Origin: a virus
Lineage: Duplodnaviria; Heunggongvirae; Uroviricota; Caudoviricetes
DNA length: 64,000 nucleotides
Virus record (IMG/VR): IMGVR_UViG_3300033121_001869
Location: 45,076-109,075 of that record
Strand: one strand, 5' to 3'
The position numbers were made by a program, and so were the translations under genes. Positions 30,616 through 39,366 of this stretch are shown here, piece after piece. Under the pieces are notes generated by a model, which saw only the letters and a list, made by a program, of their open reading frames with translations, was not told the origin of the DNA and did not search any database. Numbering within the stretch: position 1 is the first letter of the stretch; each line of letters begins with the position of its first letter.

Positions 30616-30863
30616 TAAGAATGAGTAGGAAAAAATTAATTTCTTTAATTAAAATGCTAGCGATTGTAGCAAATGAGATTGTTATTGATTTCAGCATTGG
30701 TGATTTTGATTTTAACTCAATAGAATGGGACAAAAAAAATAATAAAATTCTTCTTCACAAATTTGAAGATGATGATATAGATATTGAATTTGATTATGAT
30801 GATTTACCAGAAAGTTGGAAAAAGGAATTATACTTCTTTCTTATCCGTAACTTCTTGAACTGA
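30597..30863 (+). CDS. hypothetical protein
   Basis: 88-aa ORF. Confidence 0.6.
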   Translation: MRRKRVIRMSRKKLISLIKMLAIVANEIVIDFSIGDFDFNSIEWDKKNNKILLHKFEDDDIDIEFDYDDLPESWKKELYFFLIRNFLN

Positions 30864-31361
30864 CATTCTCTCATTTCTCTTTTTCTCTATATAAGCTTTA
30901 ATGTCATCATATCTAACAGCTCCTGGATTCTGAGTCAAAATATCAGGATTGGATTCTCTTTTAACCTCTAATTTTTTAAGTTCTGCTTCTCTTACTCTTT
31001 CTTCATATTTAGTTTCTAATTCCTTTAGTACATGTCCTATATAAAAATCAGGACCTTTCTCTTCTAAAAGTTTTTGATCTAATTGAAAAATAAATTCTTC
31101 ACTGTTTAAATAAACAGCCAAAACATCTTCATTTATATAATGGTCCACATAAAACATTATATCGCCAATATTTCCGGCGGCATGAATGGTTGTTTTATAT
31201 TCAGTATTATAAAAATAAGCAAATTTATCTCTATCATTATAAACCCTATCACCATTTTTATCAATAGTGTTAACAATTCCTAAACTTGTTTTAAAATACT
31301 TACTCTTTGATTTAAGCGATTGACAAATCTTACTATTAGTAACAATATTATATCTATTCAT
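30828..31361 (-). CDS. hypothetical protein
   Basis: 177-aa ORF. Confidence 0.7.
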   Translation of the reverse strand: MNRYNIVTNSKICQSLKSKSKYFKTSLGIVNTIDKNGDRVYNDRDKFAYFYNTEYKTTIHAAGNIGDIMFYVDHYINEDVLAVYLNSEEFIFQLDQKLLEEKGPDFYIGHVLKELETKYEERVREAELKKLEVKRESNPDILTQNPGAVRYDDIKAYIEKKRNERMSVQEVTDKKEV

Positions 31362-31395
31362 AAAGTATTTATTGTAATATGATAATTCCCTAAAT

Positions 31396-31423
31396 AAAAA
31401 AATCTGATTTCTCAGATTTTTTT
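31396..31423. terminator. intrinsic terminator
   Basis: aaaaaaatctga-tttc-tcagattttttt. Confidence 0.7.
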
Positions 31424-31477
31424 AGCCATACTTACGGTACTATGGTTACCAATTATTATATCTCTAGTATATAATAG

Positions 31478-32020
31478 CTATGTTTCGAACTCCAGCTCTT
31501 CCTTCTCACCAAACTCATCATCCAAATCTATCTTAAGACTTACTAAAAATTCCTCATTGATTTTATCAATGTCAATTTTTTTGGGTCCTATTTGACCGAT
31601 CAACTCAAAGTTTTTATTTATATCATACTTTTTAAATTTATAAGAACAAGTTTCTATTTTTTTATCTTCATCTTCTTCACCAACTACAGCTTCCTCAAGA
31701 GGTATTGTTATATACAAATCATATCTAAAGTCCGGATCGGAAAATATAATTTTTAAACTGTCATAGACTGCTGAATACTTACTCAATTCACAAGATTCCA
31801 AACTAACATTTAATTCTTTAAATGAAATATCGTTTTTATCTTTTTTAGCTCCTCTTTCTAATGCTTTAGACATAGTAGTAACTTCTTCAGGATCAACTTC
31901 CTCAAAAAAACCCTCAATTCTCTTCTTTAATTTCATTAGGGCTATTTTAATATACTCCTCAGGAGGATCTCTGAAATCATCACTCTCCTTTATAAACTCA
32001 CTAAATTTTATTACCTTCAT
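31478..32020 (-). CDS. hypothetical protein, N-terminal tag
   Basis: MKVIKFSEFIKES; TAATATATA at 32026-32034. Confidence 0.7.
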   Translation of the reverse strand: MKVIKFSEFIKESDDFRDPPEEYIKIALMKLKKRIEGFFEEVDPEEVTTMSKALERGAKKDKNDISFKELNVSLESCELSKYSAVYDSLKIIFSDPDFRYDLYITIPLEEAVVGEEDEDKKIETCSYKFKKYDINKNFELIGQIGPKKIDIDKINEEFLVSLKIDLDDEFGEKEELEFET

Positions 32021-32092
32021 TAAATTATATATTAAATATGATCACTCGTATTATTATCAAGTATGAAACCCAACGGATTTAATATATAAATA

Positions 32093-32890
32093 ATGAAAAT
32101 TTGTAAAGTTTGTAAGATTGAAAAAAATGAGTTTGAATTCAATCAACGGGGAAATGGTAAACTTAGAAATGAATGTAAAGAGTGTAAAAAATTATACTTA
32201 AAATCTTATAGGAAAGGAGAACTTAATAATCCTTACACTCAAAATGCTAAAAATATATCAGAAAAAATTTGCAATAACTGTGGTGAAACAAAACCAGTTA
32301 ATGATTTTATAAAACAAAAAAGAATTTGTAGAATTTGTAGATATAAGTATCTTAAAAATTATTATGAGAAAAATAAAAAAGAAATATCAGAGATTAATAA
32401 AATAAAATATCAAAAAAAGAAAGAAGAAAAGAAAGAATATAGCCGAAAATATTCAAAAGTCAATAGAGAAATAATAAATCGATATAAAAGAAAATATAAG
32501 AAAGATGTTCTTAAACAAACCCCACTTTACTCAATAATTACTTCGATATCTTCTAATATTAGAAGAATTCTGAAAGAAAAATCAGAAGTTAAAGATTTTA
32601 AAACACTAAATATAATTGGATGTTCTAAATCAGAATTAAAATCTCATATTGAGTCCCAATTCCTAGAAAATATGAACTGGGAAAACAGAGATAAATGGCA
32701 CATTGATCATATTATACCTATATCTATGGCAAAAAATAAAGAAGAAGTAAAATTATTAAACCACTATTCTAACCTAAGGCCGATGTGGGAATATGAAAAT
32801 ATTATAAAATCAAACAACATTGAAAATAAAGATCATCCAATTTATTTGAAAATATTAGAAATGAGATATCAAGAATCTTTATTATCATAA
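32093..32890 (+). CDS. HNH homing endonuclease with Cys-rich N-terminal repeats
   Basis: CKVCK, CNNCGE, WHIDHIIP, NHYSNLRPMW..N..KSN. Confidence 0.85.
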   Translation: MKICKVCKIEKNEFEFNQRGNGKLRNECKECKKLYLKSYRKGELNNPYTQNAKNISEKICNNCGETKPVNDFIKQKRICRICRYKYLKNYYEKNKKEISEINKIKYQKKKEEKKEYSRKYSKVNREIINRYKRKYKKDVLKQTPLYSIITSISSNIRRILKEKSEVKDFKTLNIIGCSKSELKSHIESQFLENMNWENRDKWHIDHIIPISMAKNKEEVKLLNHYSNLRPMWEYENIIKSNNIENKDHPIYLKILEMRYQESLLS

Positions 32891-33186
32891 TGTTTAATTT
32901 TATTAAACCAAACATTTAAGAAAATATCTTTTAATTTCGTTAAAGGATTAATGTTAGATAAGTAGAAATATAATCCAAAAAAACAAGCCGAAATAAAATA
33001 AAAGAATATATCCGTAATCCAATAGGAATCTGTCAGTCTCATTAATGCAGCAAATGCCGCATCGTAACCAAACGGTAGAAAAAAGGATCCTAAGAATAAA
33101 CAAATTGCAGAAAACTTCTGCTTCCTGTTTGTGTTCATCTTTTTGTTCTTTTGTGAATTCATTTCTTGTCTCATTTCCACTATCAC
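32869..33186 (-). CDS. small membrane protein (2 predicted TM segments)
   Basis: hydrophobic FSAICLFLGSFFLPFGY and IFFYFISACFFGLYFYL. Confidence 0.55.
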   Translation of the reverse strand: MIVEMRQEMNSQKNKKMNTNRKQKFSAICLFLGSFFLPFGYDAAFAALMRLTDSYWITDIFFYFISACFFGLYFYLSNINPLTKLKDIFLNVWFNKIKHYDNKDS

Positions 33187-33274
33187 TTTCCATAAATTTA
33201 TTAATTATTGAAGATTCAATCCCTAAAATACACAAAATCAAGACACTTGACTGAATCCTATTGAATATATATTA

Positions 33275-33306
33275 TTTGTTTAATACATAAAAGTTTACTA
33301 TATTTG
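33275..33306 (+). promoter_or_regulatory. Bacteroidota primary-sigma promoter
   Basis: TTTG-N20-TATATTTG, 3 nt before ATG 33310. Confidence 0.7.
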
Positions 33307-33309
33307 CGT

Positions 33310-33462
33310 ATGATTATTAAAGAATATCAGAAGAATATTTTGCACAAATTTATTGTAGAATACTATAAGTACTTATCAACATGGAATAAAAGCGCATCTT
33401 TAATTTCAATGATAGAAAGTGGTACTATTGACAGAAAAATTAGATCCAAAAAGTATTACTGA
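33310..33462 (+). CDS. 50-aa hypothetical, possibly the frameshifted N-terminus of the next ORF
   Basis: ATG directly after promoter; overlaps 33419 in another frame. Confidence 0.45.
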   Translation: MIIKEYQKNILHKFIVEYYKYLSTWNKSASLISMIESGTIDRKIRSKKYY

Positions 33463-33637
33463 TGAAATATTCGAAGAATTAATATCTATTGCGCATTTTG
33501 AATATAAAGATACGAAAACAATGACATCAGAGCTTTTAGCGGATATACTCTTTTTTATCATGCCTCTTATGTCCATAGATGATATATTAAAAATGATAAA
33601 TAGAGACTCAAAAATAAACTCAATACTAAATGAATAA
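33419..33637 (+). CDS. small hypothetical protein with C-terminal tag
   Basis: ends NRDSKINSILNE. Confidence 0.6.
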   Translation: MVLLTEKLDPKSITDEIFEELISIAHFEYKDTKTMTSELLADILFFIMPLMSIDDILKMINRDSKINSILNE

Positions 33638-34550
33638 AATTGGATATTGTTGTATCTCAATGGGTATTAATAAAGGAAAATCCAAGAAAGATCAAATATT
33701 AGTAAACCGAGGAATGGTTCGAAGGACATTTGATGCTAAGGGACTGCCTTATGTCTCTGAATTGATAATTCTGAATCTCAAAGATACACTAAAAATTCTT
33801 GACTATAACATACAAAATGAAATATATGTTTATAGAATGAGTTCGGATTCATTTCCATGGATGAGTGAATATAAATTTGAAGACTTACCTAATTTTACTG
33901 AAATAAGTAATTTGCTAATATCAATTGGTGATAAAATCAAATCTAATAATATTAGAGTATCTTACCACCCAGGTCCCTTTAATGTATTAGCTAGTGAGAA
34001 TAATTCTGTTGTTGAAAAGACAATAAATGAATTAAATAAACATGCTGAACTAATGGATTTAATGTGCCTTGAAAAAAGTACATACTACCCAATAAACATT
34101 CATATAAATACTACTCGACCAACTTGTGAAGAAGCTGCCAAAAGATTTTGTGATAATTTTAAAAAACTATCCGATTCTTGTCAAAAAAGATTAACAGTTG
34201 AGAATGATGATAAATTATCACAATATTCTGTTAAGATGCTTTATGACATGGTATATAAAAATATTGAAATACCAATTGTATTTGACCAACTACACTGGAA
34301 ATTAGGACCAAAAGATCAATCTTTAGAAGAAGCTTTAAGATTAGCACTATCTACTTGGAAAACAAAACCAATGACTCATATGGCATCATCAATAAGACAT
34401 GAGGATCCAAAAGGATTAGAAAGAGCTCATGCAGATTTTATCTATGAAAAAATTGAAGATTTCGGATTAGAATTTGACACAGAAATCGAATCTAAGTTAA
34501 AAGATTTAGCATTAATTGATTATAGAAAAAAATATCTAACTATTCTCTAA
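33630..34550 (+). CDS. uvsE: UV-damage endonuclease
   Basis: IGYCCI, YRMSSDSFP, SYHPGPFNVLAS, LTVENDD, FDQLH, AHAD, EIESKLKD. Confidence 0.92.
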   Translation: MNKIGYCCISMGINKGKSKKDQILVNRGMVRRTFDAKGLPYVSELIILNLKDTLKILDYNIQNEIYVYRMSSDSFPWMSEYKFEDLPNFTEISNLLISIGDKIKSNNIRVSYHPGPFNVLASENNSVVEKTINELNKHAELMDLMCLEKSTYYPINIHINTTRPTCEEAAKRFCDNFKKLSDSCQKRLTVENDDKLSQYSVKMLYDMVYKNIEIPIVFDQLHWKLGPKDQSLEEALRLALSTWKTKPMTHMASSIRHEDPKGLERAHADFIYEKIEDFGLEFDTEIESKLKDLALIDYRKKYLTIL

Positions 34551-34982
34551 TTCCTCAGGAGTTAATAATCCTCTTTTAAATTTCTTAAACCTTTCGGCAT
34601 ATCTTGTCTTAACTCTATCAGATATTGGAATTGGATCGCCCTCGTCATTTATCTTAACAAAGACAACTGTTGTAGAACAAACTATTTGTTGAGTTCCGGT
34701 TTCAACTTGGTGTTTTCTAGCCTCAAGTTTTATAGTTATTGATGTATTGCCAAATTTGACAACTTCTCCATATATTTTTATTAAATTTCCAATTTTACAA
34801 GGCTTTTCAAAAACGACTTCTTCAAATTTTTTTGTTACTAGTCTTGGAGAATCACATAATTGTGCAGCATATGCTGCACCTGCTTTATCTAATTCAGAAA
34901 GCATTATACCACCAAATAAGTTATCATTAACTCCAATATCAAGAGCAAGTATAGTTTTAGTTGTTATTAATTCCATAGCCAT
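34536..34982 (-). CDS. acyl-CoA thioesterase (hotdog, YciA-like)
   Basis: DIGVNDNLFGGIMLSELD, FVKINDEGDP. Confidence 0.85.
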   Translation of the reverse strand: MAMELITTKTILALDIGVNDNLFGGIMLSELDKAGAAYAAQLCDSPRLVTKKFEEVVFEKPCKIGNLIKIYGEVVKFGNTSITIKLEARKHQVETGTQQIVCSTTVVFVKINDEGDPIPISDRVKTRYAERFKKFKRGLLTPEELENS

Positions 34983-35020
34983 TTATATGTTTTTCTTTGT
35001 TTAACCTCCAAATTCCATTT

Positions 35021-35296
35021 TTACTTTTTTGTTAAATAATCGATTTTTTTATTACGAATCTGTTTTATATCTTTTATCTCTGCTATTTTAATTGTGAAGG
35101 ATGATTTCATAGTTTCTAAATTAACTAACTTCACTATTGAATATAAAACCAATATTGAAAATTTACCCATTTCTGATATTGTTTTTTTTATATCATCTAT
35201 GTTTTCAAATTCAAGTGTTTCACAAGTATAAGTACAAGAAACAAACTCGCCGTTGATAGTAAAAACATCAAATAATAGATACGAGAAGAAAGATAT
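35021..35296 (-). CDS. uncalled open frame with C-terminal tag; start uncertain
   Basis: open frame ending QIRNKKIDYLTKK*; first ATG at 35170. Confidence 0.4.
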   Translation of the reverse strand: MSFFSYLLFDVFTINGEFVSCTYTCETLEFENIDDIKKTISEMGKFSILVLYSIVKLVNLETMKSSFTIKIAEIKDIKQIRNKKIDYLTKK

Positions 35297-36058
35297 TTAA
35301 TTATCAATTGACCAATTCTTTGGTAAAAATTTACAATCATTGTGTTTTATAAAATGATTTCTCCAATCAATAATAAATTGATCTATATCTTTCACCTTAG
35401 AAATAACAATCTCACCATGTGTTCGATTATAGATTTTTACTTCTGAATCCATTATTTTCATTAATCTTTTTTTAGATAATGTCTTCCAAGAGAAATATGA
35501 TTTAATTTCCTTTTTAATTTCCAATATTCTTCTTTTTGGTATAGATCTATAGATATTATCATCTATAAGACATGTTGACATTTTCTTTATTTTTAGAATA
35601 TCTTTATTATCAAATAATTCCCCGTTAATTGGTGCATTGTATTTATCTGCCAATTCTAATTTATATTCGAATGCGAATTTCTCATAATTCTCATGACATT
35701 CTGCACATACGGATAAAACATCATGAAAATTATGTGACTTCTTTTCTAAAGGGAAAAATTTTCGATAACAAGTTGGAACAACATGGTGCCTTGTTAAAAA
35801 TTCATCAGAACCACAAACGACACAAATATTCTCAATAACTGAAAGTCCATATTTTTTATTATGATTTCCTAATCCCTTTGGTTGAAATTTTAATTTTACA
35901 ATCAATGGATCATTGGAAATTATCTCAGCTAGATTTCTCTTAATATACCAATTAGCTTTTTTCTCGTCACATCTGAACATTAAATGGCCATCCGGTGATA
36001 ACACCTGATAATTTCCATATATTTTTCTGTCCTTTGTAACTGTTCGAGATAGTCCCAT
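35297..36058 (-). CDS. HNH-domain protein
   Basis: CVVCG...LTRHHVVP.CY...HDVLSVCAECH; N-terminal LMFRCDEKKANWY. Confidence 0.7.
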   Translation of the reverse strand: MGLSRTVTKDRKIYGNYQVLSPDGHLMFRCDEKKANWYIKRNLAEIISNDPLIVKLKFQPKGLGNHNKKYGLSVIENICVVCGSDEFLTRHHVVPTCYRKFFPLEKKSHNFHDVLSVCAECHENYEKFAFEYKLELADKYNAPINGELFDNKDILKIKKMSTCLIDDNIYRSIPKRRILEIKKEIKSYFSWKTLSKKRLMKIMDSEVKIYNRTHGEIVISKVKDIDQFIIDWRNHFIKHNDCKFLPKNWSIDN

Positions 36059-36071
36059 TTATACAAAGATA

Positions 36072-36626
36072 TTAAATCTTTTTGATTTGAGAAAAATTTA
36101 AATCAACAGCAGTAGCTCGTCCAAAAATTAGAACAAGTATTTTAACTCTTTTTTTCTCTTGATCGATAGTATCAACTTTACCTCTGAATGATGCAAAAGG
36201 ACCATCCATAATTTCAACTTCTTCACCAACTATAAAAACAGTACTAATATCTTTTGTATCTGTCTCTTCTTGCTCTATAATTATTTTCTTTACCTCATAA
36301 TCTTTCATTGGCATAATTTCACCTGAGCGAGTTCTAACAAAACCAGCTGCTCCGTTTATTCCCTTTAAAAGATTTATTAATTCACCCTTTGCGCTTGTCT
36401 CAATAAAAATATATCCAGGATATATAATTTTTTCTCTTATTACTCTTTTTCCGTCTTTTACAGAAAAAACCTTTTCTGTTGGAATGATTGTTCTCCCCAA
36501 TTTGTTCTCTAATTTAGAAAATTTTGTTTCCACTTTTAATCTTTCCAACACAGATCTTTCTTTATTATTCTGTGTCCTTACGGCATACCAATTCATTGTT
36601 TCTACCGATTCATTTTGTTTAATCAT
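36072..36626 (-). CDS. nusG: transcription elongation factor NusG
   Basis: WYAVRTQ, YPGYIFIE, GAAGFV, KOW GEEVEIMDGPFASF, IFGRAT. Confidence 0.93.
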   Translation of the reverse strand: MIKQNESVETMNWYAVRTQNNKERSVLERLKVETKFSKLENKLGRTIIPTEKVFSVKDGKRVIREKIIYPGYIFIETSAKGELINLLKGINGAAGFVRTRSGEIMPMKDYEVKKIIIEQEETDTKDISTVFIVGEEVEIMDGPFASFRGKVDTIDQEKKRVKILVLIFGRATAVDLNFSQIKKI

Positions 36627-36951
36627 ATATTAATTCATTTAATTTTTCACTTCTATTATAGATTATCAAATCACTAAGATCAAATCTATCTTTATATTCA
36701 TTTATAAATTCAGTTATTTGGATTTCTTGACTTTCACTTGATAATATTATATCTATAATTATAGATTCTTGAATATCTCTATATATACCATGTAAATCTT
36801 GTACAAACTCAGCTGATAATTTAAATTTAAATCCATATGTTTTTCCGGAATAGTTATCCATCCAAAATACCAATAAATATTTAGAGAATGTATGCAAGTT
36901 AACCATTGATGCATATAAAATATTAATATTATCTCTCTCTATTTTTTCCAC
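36619..36951 (-). CDS. hypothetical protein with C-terminal tag
   Basis: ends NRSEKLNELIYD. Confidence 0.6.
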   Translation of the reverse strand: MEKIERDNINILYASMVNLHTFSKYLLVFWMDNYSGKTYGFKFKLSAEFVQDLHGIYRDIQESIIIDIILSSESQEIQITEFINEYKDRFDLSDLIIYNRSEKLNELIYD

Positions 36952-37333
36952 TTTTTTTATAAAAATCTAATTCTTGTTTTATCAAATCTGGATATTTATC
37001 CATCAGATATAATAAATCACTTTCCTTATCCAATTTAATTTTTGACATTAATAGTTTTATATCCTTGTCATCAATTGTAGATACTTCTTTTTTTGACTTA
37101 CTCCAAAACCAATTTGGATAAATTCTTTCATTTTTAAGTAGTTCAAACCACATATCTAAGATTACTGATTTATCTTGATTTTTACTATTCAATAGTATTG
37201 AATACTGTGGGTATTTCTTTGAAAAATATCTATTAAATATGAATGAAAACTTATCTTTATCTTCGGATGATATTGATTTCCAATCATTTTTGTTCTTAAA
37301 AAAAGCATTAGCAATATCAATCAATTCAGCCAT
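36929..37333 (-). CDS. hypothetical protein, possibly replication accessory
   Basis: follows RNase H; family not recognised with confidence. Confidence 0.55.
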   Translation of the reverse strand: MAELIDIANAFFKNKNDWKSISSEDKDKFSFIFNRYFSKKYPQYSILLNSKNQDKSVILDMWFELLKNERIYPNWFWSKSKKEVSTIDDKDIKLLMSKIKLDKESDLLYLMDKYPDLIKQELDFYKKSGKNRER

Positions 37334-37378
37334 TTAGATAGTCAAAGATATATTTATATATTATATAATTAAACAAGT

Positions 37379-38338
37379 TTAAAATAATTTTCTCATTGAC
37401 TCAACAATGACATCTGGAAGTTTATCTATTCTTAGATCAACTAGAATCATATTATCTTGTATATTTTTAGAAATCTTAGATATATTGGTCTTGGATATTT
37501 TCTTTTTCTCACAAATTATATCCGCAATATTTTCATATAAATCAGGATCTGTCAAAGATATATTACCAAATTCCTCTTGATATGAATCATATATCGATTG
37601 AGCACCCTTAGCCCCAATTCCTCTGGTCTTTCCATTTTTGGTTATTTGGTATACTGATTGTATATTATCACTAACATCTCCAGATATAACCTTAACAATC
37701 AACGATTCTATACAATCTATTTCGTTAATAGTACATTTAGATAAAAACTTATCTATGAGATTAATAAAATCACTATTATCATTTAGACTAAAAATATCGT
37801 CATTTGGTAAATTTTTTAATTCATTAATAAAAATTTGATAATTCTTTGGTATAAAAATTTTTTCCTGATTGTACATTTCATTTGTCATGAAATTTATCCA
37901 TAATGGATCCAAACTAAAACCTAGGAGTTGTTTTATATCATGGTCATTTGAAACAATTATATTTGACTGATTTAGTTTATTAGATTCATGTACTAGAAAT
38001 GATATCCAATCATCTCCCTCAATTCCAGGATATTCAAATATTTTAGCTCCCGTAACTCTGGATTTAAATTCATCATAAGTTTTATAGACAAATTGCCAAT
38101 CAATCTCAGAGTCCTTTTTTCTATGTGATTTATATTTAGAATTTATTGATTTTCTCCAAGATTTTTCTTTTGAATCTGAAACAATATAAACATTTGTAAA
38201 TGGATACCATTTTTTATAATTGGATATCGTATTTTCCAATGCGGTATATAAAGCACCATACAATAAATTATTTTTGTGAAGTGTAAAAACCAATCTTGAT
38301 AAGATATAATTCCCATCTATTATAATATTTAGTAACAT
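37379..38338 (-). CDS. rnh: T4-type RNase H / 5'-3' exonuclease (FEN family)
   Basis: IIDGNY, SDSKEKSWR, YKSHR, EGDDWI, SNDHDIKQL, GDVSDNI, GIGAKG. Confidence 0.9.
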   Translation of the reverse strand: MLLNIIIDGNYILSRLVFTLHKNNLLYGALYTALENTISNYKKWYPFTNVYIVSDSKEKSWRKSINSKYKSHRKKDSEIDWQFVYKTYDEFKSRVTGAKIFEYPGIEGDDWISFLVHESNKLNQSNIIVSNDHDIKQLLGFSLDPLWINFMTNEMYNQEKIFIPKNYQIFINELKNLPNDDIFSLNDNSDFINLIDKFLSKCTINEIDCIESLIVKVISGDVSDNIQSVYQITKNGKTRGIGAKGAQSIYDSYQEEFGNISLTDPDLYENIADIICEKKKISKTNISKISKNIQDNMILVDLRIDKLPDVIVESMRKLF

Positions 38339-38385
38339 TAATCATTTAACCATTTTTATGTTATATGTCACTTATATCAAGTGGT

Positions 38386-39321
38386 TTAGATTATCAGGTT
38401 ATTTAAATTAACATATCGGTAAAAACTTGTAGTATTGGGTAACAAACATTCAAATTCTTGTGCAAAAGAACGAGTATTATAAATGTTATTCATCATATCT
38501 TTTTTCCAAGCTTCATCTCTATTTGGAATAACATACCAAGGATATTCCTTCTTAACAAAGTTATTATTATTTAAATAAATATCGGAAAAATATTTATCAC
38601 TTTCAGTAGGTGTAGAAAAAATTATAATCCTACCATCTCTAATAGATAATAACCTCGGAACTAACATACTATTAATTTCAGATTGGTGTGAATTATGTGC
38701 TAGATCAGATAAAACTAAAGTATCAATATTTGTCATGATATATTTTTCGGGATCTATTCCCAATAATATCTGAGAACCATTATCAAATACTATTTTATAT
38801 GGTGATCTATTATTAGCTATTCCCTTCTTAAGAAAGTAAGGCAAAGGTATATACAGTGAATATATTATTTCATAAAAACTCTTACACAATGCCGTTGTAG
38901 GACAAAGTACTAATGTGGTTTTATTTTTATTAAACATGGCATAGTGTAAAACATAAAGAGCCATTATTGTTGTTGTTCCAATTTGCCTCGATACATTAAG
39001 AATAGATAATCGATTCTTTGATACCGTATCAAGCATATCAATTTGTGAATTATAAAAAATAAATGATATAAATTCTTGAATATTCTTAATATCAGACTCA
39101 ATATTTGAATATTTTTTCTCCTCTTCCTCGGTGAATTTAAATTCGATATTGGGGGCTCTTATTCCTACTATAACATTACCACTATTTATAATATATGGAC
39201 TAACAAAAGTATAATTTGACTCTGTTCCCCCATCAATAATACCATCTATGAGAAAATCACGAATAAATGGTTTTTCTCCCATATCAGTATATAACTTTAA
39301 AAGATATGAATTCCAAATCAT
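38386..39321 (-). CDS. degenerate terminase large-subunit ATPase-domain paralog, no nuclease domain
   Basis: SRQIGTTT (K lost), LVLSDLAH (DE lost), FDNGS, FSTP, W..IPNRDEAW, FAQEFEC. Confidence 0.75.
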   Translation of the reverse strand: MIWNSYLLKLYTDMGEKPFIRDFLIDGIIDGGTESNYTFVSPYIINSGNVIVGIRAPNIEFKFTEEEEKKYSNIESDIKNIQEFISFIFYNSQIDMLDTVSKNRLSILNVSRQIGTTTIMALYVLHYAMFNKNKTTLVLCPTTALCKSFYEIIYSLYIPLPYFLKKGIANNRSPYKIVFDNGSQILLGIDPEKYIMTNIDTLVLSDLAHNSHQSEINSMLVPRLLSIRDGRIIIFSTPTESDKYFSDIYLNNNNFVKKEYPWYVIPNRDEAWKKDMMNNIYNTRSFAQEFECLLPNTTSFYRYVNLNNLII

Positions 39322-39366
39322 AGTGGTTATATTTAAAATACTATTATTGTTTTAATATATAATGAA

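Noticed and set aside
36929-37333. Assignment as gp59 or gp62 from its position next to rnh
   Set aside because: No diagnostic motif recognised; needs a profile search
38386-38450. EFE-CLLPNT tail of the terminase paralog as a split-intein N fragment
   Set aside because: QEFEC is native terminase sequence, the tail fits the shared C-terminal tag, and no intein-C partner is adjacent; not fully excluded
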